The notes under the pieces: model-generated
Seen by the model: only the letters and a program-made list of their open reading frames with translations
The model's database searches: none
Told to the model about the DNA's origin: nothing
Shown here: piece after piece, positions 1-11,755 of the stretch
Position numbering within the stretch: the stretch's first letter is position 1
How the letters are laid out: each line of letters opens with the position of its first letter
Assembly: GCA_004431415.1 (NCBI GenBank)
Contig: QPMI01000473.1
Coordinates: forward strand, 1 to 64,000
DNA length: 64,000 nucleotides
Source: Cyanophora paradoxa CCMP329
Lineage: Eukaryota > Plantae > Glaucophyta
Direction of reading: 5' to 3'
Position numbers and translations under genes: made by a program

Positions 1-4
1 TTTT

Positions 5-72
5 TGGCTCAGAGAATAGAGCGCTTGATTTCTTGACTCCAAAACTACGCGGTTCAAATCCGCTCGGGAACC
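5..72 (+). pseudogene. tRNA-derived sequence (Pol III A-box/B-box; SINE-like head or tRNA pseudogene)
   Basis: D-arm GCTC-agagaata-GAGC and T-arm GCGG-TTCAAAT-CCGC are intact. The anticodon stem does not pair. The 5' acceptor strand would lie partly outside the window. Confidence 0.55.
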
Positions 73-850
73 TTTACTTCGTTCGCCGTGAAACTTGAAA
101 AGTAAAAAAAAAACGCGGTTTTTTCTAGATTAATGCTGTACCCGTCTAGAAAATCAATATTAACGTTTTGCTACGATATCTCAACACCAACTTATCAAAT
201 CGATGCGCTTAAAACGTCATAAAATCGAGCATTTCAAGGCGGTCACAGCGCTTATGAGCCATATCGGAATTTCACTAACTGTAACTCCAAATCGCGATGA
301 AACCGATTTTGAATTTCGATTTTAAATTCGATTAAAATCCATTAAACGTGAGTTTTTAATATAGATCACTAGGAAGTTATCAAATCGATGCACTGACGGT
401 CGAATATAATCCCATATATCATACATAACAATAACTTGCAATCACATATACGAATCTCAATGTGTATAGATCGCTATTACGATTAAAGCGAGTTTTGAAA
501 TTCAAAATTAATTCGATTAAATTCGATTATAACTCAAAAAATCGCGATTTATAACCATATACTTATCGTTTCGATCAACTTATGATATCGAATATTCAAC
601 TATATTATATTGCTTCGATAACTGTGATCCCATCTATGATCCCATCAATCTAACACTGCATTTAGTAAGCATCTGCCCTAGATTCCCCCTATTATATTAT
701 ATTTATATTTAAGTGGACTCAAGGTTGACTCATATTAATCGTAAAAGTAGTAAAAGTATATGGATTTTGTTACGAATTCAATGCAAGGGTTGACTAAGTG
801 GGTTGAGTTGACTCAAATTTCACAGGAAATAACAATGAATCAGAGTATAA

Positions 851-1316
851 ATGCATTTTTTGAATCAACTACACCAACTAACACTGAGATTTTACCAATA
901 TATGAGGTCCTTACTGAATATGGTTTGTGTGACAGGTGTGACAGGTCTATCCCAAACTTTTCTATAGCATAAAATGAACTCTCAAAAGTTTGGGATGGAC
1001 CTGTCACACTGTCACACTCGATTATTTCATTTGTTTATTCAAGTAAATTACATAGATAAACTTCTTACTTATTGTTACTGAGTTTTTCATTATAAAAGAG
1101 ATCCTTACTGAATATGGTTTGTGTGACAGTGTGACAGGATGCATTTTGTGAATCAACTACACCAACTAACACTGAAATTTTAACATTAAAAGAGATCTTA
1201 CTGAATATGGTTTGTGTGACAGGTGTGACAGGTCTATCCAAACTTTTCTATAACATAAAAATGAACTATCAAAGTTTGGATAGACCTGTCACACCTGTCA
1301 CACCCAATTATTTCAA
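851..1316. repeat. Two ~175-bp direct repeats (plus a partial copy), each containing a long hairpin built from TGTGACAGG units
   Basis: Unit B arms 1214-1246 and 1271-1303 form a perfect 33-bp inverted repeat. Unit A arms ~927-961 and 984-1017 are near-perfect. Confidence 0.9.
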
Positions 1317-1554
1317 AAATCCTAAGGGTCCCCCCTTAGAATCATTAAACATGATAAAAACATATAAGTTTCATGTATAATTACGATTGAATTCAATAAG
1401 AGATCGATTTGTTTTATTTAACAAATGAATCTTTTATGGATCTTAATCGAGTTTAGCGATATATTTCCGATTAAATGAATTAAATTTAATTAAATTTAAT
1501 CGAGAAAGTACATGAATATAATATCGATTAAATCAATTAACTTTTAGACAAATC

Positions 1555-1836
1555 ACACATAGTAAAATGCGGAGTTTTAACCAGAGGCAAGATCTAATTG
1601 AGATTCAGTTTATATTATTCGGAAATATATACAGATTATCGATAGACTCAGTAAGACTAATCGGAAAATAGAGAAATTTACGATAAAATATCGAAAAGAA
1701 TACAAAATAATCGAAATAAATGAATATTCGATAAGATATACACAGATTATCGATTGATTGAAATAGAATATACGAGATATATCAACAAATCAATTAAGAT
1801 AAGCCGAGGGTTAAAACTCCGCATTTTACTATGTGT
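1555..1836. repeat. Perfect 28-bp inverted repeat
   Basis: ACACATAGTAAAATGCGGAGTTTTAACC (1555-1582) is the reverse complement of GGTTAAAACTCCGCATTTTACTATGTGT (1809-1836). Confidence 0.95.
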
Positions 1837-1873
1837 TACACGGAGTCAGCCTACGGAACGGATGTGAATATCT

Positions 1874-3932
1874 TTGCTATCAATCCATGCGGGGTCAATC
1901 AATCTCGACGACGCCAGCATACACATCAGTAAAGAAGTTGACAGGGCATGGCTGGGGAGTGACGAGGGCAGTGTTCGATCTCTGGGACGATTCCTCATCA
2001 CGGCCAGTGCAGACCACACTGTTCGACCTGGTACATTTATATATATATGCTATGGAGTGATTATGAATATCAGAACTGCAGTAATTGACAGGGGGATATA
2101 TACGACAGGGGACAAGCGACTGGCCCAACTGTGGTACAATCTTGACCTGTACATTCGCGATTGGACAGCCGGAACGAAACTTCACTCTTAACGCTGCTTC
2201 GAAGACGATATTTTCCGGTGCGCGCGTGCGAAATAATTTTGCATGATGGGTATATATACCTGTGGATATATATAATTAAACTTTTGGTATCAGAGCCTGT
2301 CGCTCAATTGAATAGAACCCTCATTGCAATAGAGGACTCGCGATCAGTCTCCTCAATGGTCACCACTGCGCATGCGGCCTTTGTCATGCTCAACAAAACT
2401 GCGGGCCCCGATTCACAACAAAGCAACATGCGACTGATATGGATCGAAGACTTTCGCCTGAAAACGAAAGAATTTTCGGCTGCAAGCAACTTGAGCGGAC
2501 TCGATTTCTCTTTGTTTTCGGTATCTTCTGATGGACAAAGCGTCGCGGGGCGGCTCGGGCCTATGTGTTTCTCTGGAGATCAGTGGAAAGTGAATGGCGT
2601 TTGGTTCAGAGCGTTTCATCACCATGCTTGATCATTCAGATGCACACTAGTACTTCACCCGATTACAGATCTAGAGAAGAGTTCGAATCTAGCATCGATA
2701 TCGTGTCAGTTCGTGCTTTGGGGTTCCTTCAATCACCAGCTTCTCCTAACGCCTACGATCTATATCTGTTCGGCTGGATATTCATCATTTCGCGGGACAT
2801 GTCGAATATTTCCTCGTCTACGTTTATGAACAAACTAGATAAACTTGGCAAAGGCATCGATGATAATTTTTTCCCCAGTAGCTGGATATTCTCTTCTCAA
2901 GGGACTCTCCTTGCACATTCTTCAAATGGAGCAGCTGATGCTGTCATCTTTCACTCGAAAACAGCATCTATCCTGCAGCGAGTACCTAAGCCGACAGACT
3001 ACAGTTTCAGCAATTCTTATAATTATGTGGCGTGCGCATTTTGGCCTGACGAAAGGAGCCTTTTAGTGTCTGGTATTCGCGTCAGTGGACTCGGGCACAT
3101 TCATCGTCTCAGTCGAATTTCGATTCCGCTGGGTGAATCAATAGGAACTTACGAAGCTCCAGGCGATCTCGTGCAGATCACATCTGTGCTCGTGACCTTG
3201 GATGCCAGATATGTTCTGGCGAGCGCAGGAGGATTGGTATATTGCTGGTCCTCAGGTGGCAAACTCGATCGCGTATTTCGAAGTGAAGGGGCAATCTCGC
3301 GTATAGCAATTTCGCCAATCTCAAGTTTTCTTATCGCCGAGATCCCTTCGCCTTCACCCAGCTATGCATATGGAACTCAAAGCCATCTTGAGATTTGGTG
3401 ATCTGACGCCCTTCATTATTCTTGTGATATCGATGTGAATTGCATGGTCTGACGAATTGTATTTGGCGCTAGGTCTGTGGCTGGCAATCATGTTCCACAT
3501 CGCGACACGTCTATGTCGATTTCGAACAACACAAACAACGGCAGCGGTAAATCAGATCTGGATCCGATCGCCAACAGTACAATTATCAACAAGCCGCTAG
3601 ATCTGAATTCCACAAAGCCTCTGAACTCAACAAACTCCGCGGCCGGTTTAGATGGCCAGGGCGCCGGCGGGCCTCTGAATTCCACACACTCCGGATCCAG
3701 CCTCCTTGATTCTCAAGCAAATTGCAGTCCACTATTTTGCGCGCGGGCTTCGTGGTACATTGACCTTGTGATTATCTTGGCCATCGTTTTCTTCATAGCA
3801 ATACTGTCGCTGATTATCTACATCAATCGAGCTAGAATATTTAGAAAGTTAGGCGGGCATTTTTCGAAAACAAGAGTACGAAAGCCTCGAGTAATATTAG
3901 GCAACTTAGTTTCTGCAGATAATACCGTATAG
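1874..3932 (+). CDS. Spliced WD40/beta-propeller-like protein with Asn/Ser-rich stalk and C-terminal transmembrane helix (5' end uncertain)
   Basis: WD-like strands FLITASADHTVR, ACAFWPDERSLLVSG, VTLDARYVLASAGGLVYCWS and RIAISPISSFLIA. TM segment WYIDLVIILAIVFFIAILSLIIYI is followed by basic residues. Confidence 0.55.
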
Positions 3933-4167
3933 TTTATATGCAGTGCATTTACGTATACTCGCATTTGGCCATCAATGTACCCGCTGAACGTTTTATAATT
4001 TTGATTGATCACGAGCTGTGCGCCAGCGTATTTACCATGAGCCACTTCAACCGCCATACGATGATTCGCTGTACAACGGAATTTGCAAGTGTAGCTTGCA
4101 GATTCATCGATAAAGAAAATCTAAATTACATTTCAATTGAATGAATGTTATAAACATAGTGGTACAG

Positions 4168-5492
4168 TTTTGCAAAAGGGGCCCTCATGATCGTCGCCCT
4201 CAGAACATAATATGCACCGGTCCTCAATTATATTAGGAGGCGTGGGCATGCTGAGCTACACGGTCCTAGATGCCCTCATGCTGGTTAGAAACATGGCCGC
4301 GGGTCGCTTGGGGGAGGGGGGGGGCGGGGCGGGGCGGGGAGGTCAAGAGAGGGGTATGGGAGGTTGAGAGCTCGAGGAAGAGATGGGAGGGTAGCCTAGC
4401 TATAGTAGGTTCAGTTGCGGTCGCTGGTCTTGAATATTTAATCGCGCCGCCCAAGTCCACGGATGCGCCGGGTACGGGATGAGTTCGTCGCTGGCGGAAC
4501 GTGTGGAGGCTGCAAACCTCGTCGGCCTTACAGGCTGCAAAGCCCTGCCGACGCCGCGTTCGGGTCTCCATCAGATTGACCTCCTCCCGCTCCGTCGCCG
4601 CCCGGCGGCCGTGCACGTGGGGTCCTGATCATGAGCGGCCACGTCCTTACCTATATATGCAGGCAACCTCTTCCTAGCCCGGCACGCCACCCCCCCCCTC
4701 CCCTCCCCCCCCCCTCCCCCCTTGTCTTATCTAGAAGCCTAGTCTAAGTGATGGGGCGAAGGCGAAAAACTTCCAAAATTAAAAGCCTTCGTGAATACTG
4801 AGGGGCAGGCCCAGGTAGGGGAACATCTTGTTCCATGAAGGGGAAGGCCCTGAGGGGAACTGAAAGAAGGAGAGAGAGTGGTGAGATCTAAAGGCAAGGA
4901 ACAAAGGGGCATGCGCGCAGGCAGGCCGGGCCCGCCGCTTCCAGAAAAGAGGGGGCACTGCGGCACCGCTGCCCTCGAAGTAGAGGAAAACAGACCAAGG
5001 GGGCGACTTCAACGATTGGGAGGGCGGCCCGCGGCCGACTGCCGAGAAAGAAGAGAGAGGCTGAAGGGCCGAAAAAGCTGTCCTGGCTGCAGCTGGTGGG
5101 CCGCGAGCTGGGGCGGCGGCTGCCGCGGTGCAGGCACGGCGGCAGCCGCGCGCCCGCGGCGGGCGGCCGCGGGACGAAATTAAAGGCGGCGGCCGGCGGG
5201 ATGAAAGGCGGCGGCCGCGAGGCGCTGCAGCAGCCGCGCTCTCGCGGCGGGCGGGCGGGGCCGGGGGTGGCGGAGCGAGGCGGCGGCGACGGACGCACGC
5301 GCCCGCCGCGGGGCCCGACGGGCCGGCGGGGCGGGCGCGTGGGGACTCTGGGAGGCGGGCGCGTGGGGAGGCGGCAGCGGGGCGGCAGGCCTAGGGGGGC
5401 GGCACTTTCGCGCCGAGGTAATAGAGCCCGCGCTGTGAAGGATTGTGAGCAGCTGAGAGCTGAGAGGACTCGCGGGCGGCGAACTTTGAGCC
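4168..5492 (-). mobile_element. Non-autonomous or degenerate retroelement related to the non-LTR family at 32711-36602
   Basis: On the minus strand it ends CTTTTGC-AAAA, like the LINE. It shares ordered 3' motifs (GCTCATGA, GGAGGAG, AGGC.A.CCTCCCAT, AGCGACCC..GGCC, GACCGGT, AGGGC) and the same pyrimidine-to-purine switch. No clear TSD; 5' boundary approximate. Confidence 0.6.
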
Positions 5493-6632
5493 TTATAATC
5501 ACTAAGTTAGATCATCGGATCGGCAGAAAATGATCCACTTCAGATCTGAAGTAGAAAAAGTCGTGCTCTAAAAACCTCGCACGGGCGCGCCCCGCGGCCG
5601 CGGCCGGCTAGCGCTGCCTGATCGGCAAGCACGTCCGACGTCGACCGTCCTTGGTTCGCTTCGCGCGCCTCGCGATCGCCGCGCCGGCCGCGCCGCTGCG
5701 ACGCTAGCGTCGGACTGCGGCAACTCGAGCTCGGGTCACGTCGGACTGCGGGGCAAGCTCGACGCCGCGCCACGAGTCGCGTCGCCGCGGCCGCGGCCCG
5801 CGGCCACGTGCACTCGCGCCGCCGCTGCTTGTAGAGCGCTAGCAGCTCAACGCACAGCCTGGCAGCTACTCTATATCACTCCTCCTCCAGTCCGCGGGCT
5901 TTGCAGATGCGTCTCTCGGCACTATCACTCGGGCGTCTCTTTTCGGATGTCTGGGCCGGGGCCGGAGCATCTCTCTTCCAGCGCCCGGCGGGCGGCGCCC
6001 GCGCGCGGCTGCGGCGGGGCGAGCCTCGGAGCCGGCGCTCTTAAGCTTGGAGGGCGCCAGCCAGCGCCTACGTGCACGGCCGTCGCAGCTGCAGCTGGCG
6101 CCGCGGCGCCGGCGGCGCGCGGGTCCAAGGTCACCTAGCTATAGTACACGTGCACCAGCGCTAATTATAACCCCACGGCAGCAGGCTGCACCCTTGTATG
6201 TGTACTGCAGTCTTGACTAATTAACGTTCGATTTCAGATCTAGAGTTTTGCTTGTGCCTTGAACTACTTAGGCTAGTACTTGCTCGCCGACGCTCAGTTT
6301 GAGAGGGATACAGGATCCAGAGTCGAGACCGGGTACAGAAAAAGTGGCCGCGACGAGCTCCCGCGCTTGGCGGCTGGGCCCCGCTGGGCCCTCAACGCAA
6401 GAACGAGACAGTTTGCTCGTCGGGTCGCAACGATCTTGAGCTTCCCGCTCGAGCAACTTCGGCTGCGCGGTGACGGCACAGCCTAGACGACTGAGCAGAC
6501 GTTTCCGTCGATTTCGCGTCGTCTTGCCAGCCCCGCAGGCGCCAGCCTGAGGATCCCCAGCGAAGGGACCCCCGCGCCGTTTCTCCAGCCTAGGCGGAGA
6601 TCGAGCAAGCCGCTGGGCCTAGCGCGCGTAGA

Positions 6633-9600
6633 ATGCAACGCTCGAACTCGGGAGGGATCGGCGGGCTGGGCAGCCTCGGCCTGTCGGAAGAGATTTCGAA
6701 GTCCGGAGGCGGCCCGAGCCGCCGCCTCTCCGACCAGGTCCGAAAGCCCCGCGCGCGGCCGGGGCCCGCCGCGAGTCGCCGAGATTGTAGTTGCAGGAGC
6801 AGCTGGAAGGGCTGCGCGGGGCCATGGAGGCGACCTCGAGCGAGCTGGCGGAGGTGAGCTCCGAGCGCGACCGGCTCCTCGACGAGTGCGAGCGGCTGGC
6901 CGACAAGGTGCCGCGCCGCCGCCGCCCGCCTTCCCGGCCGCGTCCCGGCGAGCCCGGCGCGGGCGCAGGTGCAGGACCTGGAGCGGGCGGTCTCGGAGAA
7001 GGACCGCGCGCTGGCGGTCGCGCAGGCCTCGGCGGGCCCGCGGCGATGGAAGAGGCGGCGGCGGGCGTGGAGGAGCTGCGCGAGGCGCTGGAGGCGCTGG
7101 CGCGGGATGCGGCCGGCGAGCTGGACGCCTTCAAGCTCGACATGAACCGCCTCGAGACCGCCGTCCAGCGGGTCGACAAGGCCAAGGCCGGCGCCGGCGC
7201 CACGCTGGCGGCCCCGAAGATGCTCGTGCAGCCGCCGACGCCCACGGGCGACCGCTTCGACGACTTTGGCGAGGCCGCGGACGCGATCAACGAGATGCGC
7301 GAGGAGCTGGTGCGCCGGCCGCCCGCCCCCGCCCCGGCCCCGCCCCCGTCCCCGCCGACGCCGACGCGGACGGACGGGAGCGCAGCGGCAGCTGCGGGGG
7401 CAGGTGAAGAAGCAGGAGGCGGAGATGGAGGAGGCGCTGGGGGAGTTCGCGGCGACGGCCAACCAGGCGATCGCCGAGGCGAAGCGCACGAAGAGCCCCG
7501 CAAGCCTCGCCGGCAGGGGCGGCGCCGAGGTCACCATCGGCACCGAGGAGCTCGAGATGGAGATCCGGCGCCTGCAGAAGGAGCTGGCGGGGGCGGAGCA
7601 GGGGAAGGAGCGGGCGGAGCGGAGCGAGGGTGCGACGAAGGCGCGCCTGGAGAAGCAGATCGCGCGGCTGAAGGAGGAGCTGGAGGCGTGCCGGGCGGAG
7701 CGGGACGAGAGCAACAGCACGCTGGCGGCGATCCAGGAGGAGCTGCCGGGGGTGCAGGAGCAGTTCGGGGCGCTGCAGCGGCAGGTCGCCGAGCGCGACG
7801 CCGAGCTCGCCCGCCTCCGCGAGGTCCTCGAGGACCGCGACGCCGCCCTCGCCGTGCGCGACCCCGGCCCCGGCCTCCGCCCCGCCCGCCCGGCGCCGCC
7901 CGCGCCGAGGTTCTTCTTCGCAGTCGGCGCGGGTGGACAGCGCGAACCTGCGGACGGAGCTGCAGCGGGCGCGGGCGGAGGGCGGGCGCGGCCGCGACGA
8001 CAGCGACGCCGGCAGCGTCGAGGCGCGCCCGCCCCGCCTCCCCTCCGCTCTCGGCCGCGCCGCGCCGCCCGCCTCTGAGCGGCGCCGGCAGGTGTACGCG
8101 GCGGCCCTGGAGGCGGCCCACCGGAAGGCGCGCGCGCGTGCCCCGGCTCCGCCCCCGCCGCCGGCGGCGCTGACGGGGTCGGGCGGGCGGCAGGTGGCGG
8201 ACCTCGAGACGGCGCTGGAGCGGGAGCGCGGGGCGAGCCGGCCCGGCAGCGGCGGCGCCGGCGCCGCGGCCGCCGCCCAGCAGCGCCCCAACTCGCCCGC
8301 CAGCCGTGCGCCGCCCCGCGCCCGACCCTGAGGGCCGCGCAGCCGCCCGGGTCGCTGAGCTCGTGGGGGCAGAGCGGGAGCAGCAGGAGCGAGCGGCGCT
8401 GGCGGCGCGGCTGCAGAGCACGGAGGCGCGGCTGCGGCAGGCGCTGCAGGAGCGGGACGCGAGCGTGGAGGAGGCCAAGCTGCTCAAGGCCGGCCTCGCC
8501 GAGGCCAAGGAGATCCTCGAGCGCGCCGGCGAGATGGAGGAGCAGATGGCCGCCATGGACAAGGCCCGCCGCCCTCCGTCCTCCTCGGCCCGCGCACGCG
8601 GTCTGGGGGTACAGCGGCTGACTCTGCTGCCGGGGGCGCAGGAGCTGGACGCGATGGACGCCGAGTGCGCGCGACTGCGCGAGGAGAACGCGCGGCTGGT
8701 GGAGGAGAAGCGCGAGCGGGACCGGGCGAGCGGCGGGAGCACGCCGACGGGCGCCCAGCCGCGCAAGGGCGTCCTCAAGAAGCCGGCCGGCCTCACCCCC
8801 GAGGAGGCCGACGCGCTCCGGGCGGAGCTGGGGACGGCGGAGGCGGCGGCCGAGGCGGCGCGGCGCGAGAAGGGCGAGACGGAGGCGGCGCTGGCGAAGC
8901 TGCAGGAGGCGCACGCGGCGGCGGCGCGGGAGTACGAGGAGCTGCGGGCGGCGCAGGAGGGCCAGGCGGCGGAGCGGGCGGAGCTCGCGGAGAAGCTGAA
9001 GCGGGAGGCGGAGCTGCGCTCGCAGGCGCAGCTGGGCCTGCGGGACGCCCGGGAGCGCATCGGGCGCCTCGAGGCGTCCCTCAAGGAGGCGGGCCTCGGC
9101 CACCTCGCCCGCTCCGGGGGCCCTCCCCGCCCACAGCCGCTCCTCCTCCCCCGTCCGCGGCGGCCCGGCGCCGTCGGCTGCGGAGGAGGCGGGGCCGGGG
9201 TGGAGGCGGCGGCGCTGCGGGCCGGACTGGAGCGCGAGCGCGAGCGCGCGGCGGCGGGCGAGGAGCAGCTCGCAGCCGCCCGGGGCGAGCTCCAGAGGGA
9301 GCGGGAGCGGGCCAAGGCCGGCGAGGAGCAGCTGGCGGCGGCGCGGGGCGAGCTGCAGCGGGAGCGCGAGCGGGCGAAGGCCGGCGAGGAGCGGCTGGCG
9401 GCGCTGCAGGCGGGCGCGGCGAGGCGGAGGGGCGCGCGAAGGCGGCCCAGGAGCAGCTGGAGGCCCTCACTCGCAGCCTCGAGACGGTGCGGCGCGCCGG
9501 ACCGGGCCGCCCTGCGCCGAAAAGGCGGCGGGGACTGACGCGGGGCCCCGGGCCGGGCCGGGCCGGGCAGGAGCGGTGCAGGCGGCCTCGCGGGAGAAGG

Positions 9601-11535
9601 AGTTCGCCTCGCTCCAGAGCGCCGCCCGCGCGGTGCGCGCGCCCCGCCGCCGCGGCTGCCGAGCGCGGCCGGGGCCGACGGTGCCGCGCAGGCGCAGGAG
9701 AAGGCGGAGGCGGCGGAGCGGGAGGCGGGGCGGCTGCGTCGGGCGCTGGAGGAGGAGCGCGGGCGGCGGCGGCGGCGCAGGCGCAGGCCGAGGCGAGCGA
9801 GGCCGGCGAGGCGGGGGCCGAGGCGGAGCGGCTCGAGTGGCGGGCGCGGGAGGCGGCGCTCGAGGGCGAGGCGCGGGAGGCGCGCGGGAGGCGGAGCGGT
9901 ACCGGGCGGCGGAGGCGGCGGCGCGCGCCGAGCTGAAGCGGCGGGAGCAGGAGCTGAGCAGCCTCATCCAGCAGCAGCAGAGCGAGCTCGACGCCGCCTC
10001 GGCCCGCCTCGCCGCCGCCGCCGCCGCCCGCGAGCGCGAGCGCGAGCAGCGCGCCGCCTCCCCCGCCGCGCCCCGGCCCCGGCCCGGCGCCGCCGGCGGC
10101 CGACGGCGACGCTCTGGAGCGGGCGGCGCGGGAGGCGGCGGAGGCGCGCGCGGAGGCGGAGAAGGTGCGGGGCGAGCTGGCGCTCACGCGGGAGGAGCTG
10201 GCGGCGGCGCAGGCGCAGCTGCGCGCGCACCTCTCCAAGAAAATGCTGAAGGGCAAGGAGGGCGCCCGCGCCTCCCGGACAAGAGCGGGGCCCCGCCGCC
10301 GCCGCCCCGCCGGGGCCGCCCCCCACGGGGCCGGCGCTGGGCGAGCCGGGGGCGGCGGCCGGGGGCCGGCAGCCGGCGTCGCCGGGGGAGGCGGGGCGGC
10401 GCCCTCGCAGCGGGCGATCGTGCAGCTGGGCGAGTTCGTGGAGCGCTGCCTGGCGGCCATCCCGGGGCGCCCCGACGCCGCCGCCGACGCCGCCGCCGCC
10501 GACCTCCAGCTCCGCCGCGAGCGCGACGCCATGGCCGTGCGCCCCCTCCTCCGCCCTTGCTGTCGGGTCCCGGCGCCTCACGCGCGCCCCAGATGGCCCT
10601 GGAGGCGGTGCGGGCGGAGCTCTCGCGCGCCGCGCGCCTCGCCGCCCTCGCCGCCCCGCGCCGTCCGGCGGCGCGCATCCGGCCTCGGCGGCGGGCGGCT
10701 CTGGCGCGGGTCCGGCTCCGGGGCGGGCTGGGCGGCGGGCGAGGTGGCTCGCATCAAGGCGGGCCTCGAGGAGAAGCTCAGGGGCCTCCTGGGTGCGCTC
10801 TGCGCCCTCCTTACGCCCTGCCCAAGCGCGGGGCGCGGACCGACTGACGGGGCGGGCGGGCGGGGCGCAGCGATGGGGGAGGCGCTGCTGGAGGACAAGC
10901 GGGCGCTGCTGGCGCGGCTGCGGGCGGAGGCCGGCGCCGGGGCGCGCCTCGAGGCGGAGCGGGAGGCGGCGAGCGCGAGGTGGCGGCCCTGCGCGAGGCC
11001 CTGGGCGGGCCTGGGACGAGCGCGAGCGCGCCCTCGCCGCCGCGATCGGGCGCTGCGGGCGCACCACGAGCAGGAGACGGGCGCCGTGCTGCAGCGCGCC
11101 CAGCGCGCCGTCGAGGAGGCGCGCGCCGCCTTCGCCCGCCAGGCCGAGGCCGAGCTCGCCGACGGGCGCGCCCGCCTGCGCCGCGCCGAGGCCGAGCTCG
11201 ACATGGCCGCCGCGCGCGCCGCCTCCGCCGAGGCGCGCGCCGCCGCCGCCGAGGCGGAGCTGGGCGAGGCGCGCCTGGGGCGGCAGGGGAGCAGCCCCCA
11301 CCACCAGGGGACCAGCCCGCACCACCACCAGCAGACGCTCGCCGTCGGCCCCGCGCCGCCGCCCCAGGGCATGCCCCTCGTCTACTACTCCCCGGCCCCG
11401 GGCGTCCCGGGGCCCTACGGGGCCCCCGCGCTCCTCTCGTACCCCCAGACCCCCCCGCAGCTCGTGCTCCTGACCTCGTCCCCGGCCCCCGGCGCCTCTG
11501 TCGACCTGCCCCGCGCCTCCCTCGCCTGGATGTGA
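6633..11535 (+). CDS. Long multi-exon coiled-coil protein
   Basis: E/A/L/R-rich heptad segments in alternating frames, separated by ~50-80-nt GT-AG or GC-AG introns with CTGAC/CTGAG branch sites. Start MQRSNSGG (6633), stop after ...SLAWM (11535). Internal 21-aa tandem repeat (EEQLAAARGELQRERERAKAG). Confidence 0.8.
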
Positions 11536-11755
11536 CCGGCGGGCGCCCATTTTTGAGTGTACATGTGTATTTATGCGGATGCAGCTAGGTCGATTTGATA
11601 GCCGGCAATATTAATGGGCCTGCCTCTCATATTTACAACGACTTTGACATCGCCTGAGGCTTGAGCATGCGAAGATGTTAACGTTCCATTCGCGGCCGGC
11701 CGTGGCGCCGGCCGCTGCAGCTGCGATTCGCTGAAGAAGAGCTCGAGGTCGACGC

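Larger units (their letters stand above)
1..1853. mobile_element. AT-rich non-coding end of a putative DNA mobile element (family unknown; truncated by the window start)
   Basis: Very AT-rich compared with the rest of the window, with an abrupt compositional boundary near 1850. No credible ORF. Contains nested direct and inverted repeats (851-1316, 1555-1836) and degenerate units about 185 bp apart (TTATCAAATCGATGC at ~192 and ~377). Confidence 0.5.

Noticed and set aside
760-972. 70-aa ORF containing CDRCDR
   Set aside because: The motif is simply the translation of the TGTGACAGG DNA repeat; no other coding signal.
851-1316. CRISPR-like array
   Set aside because: Only two and a half long repeats, no unique equal-length spacers, no cas genes, and a eukaryotic context.
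4148-5512. TTATAA-containing flanks as a TSD for the 4168-5492 element
   Set aside because: Only 6 nt match; the rest of the flanks differ.
6590-11550. Long minus-strand and alternative-frame ORFs (up to 837 aa) over the GC-rich gene
   Set aside because: Shadow ORFs caused by stop-codon scarcity at very high GC. The coherent coiled-coil signal and splice sites are on the plus strand. The same applies to plus-strand ORFs over 22300-26600 and 37000-42100.
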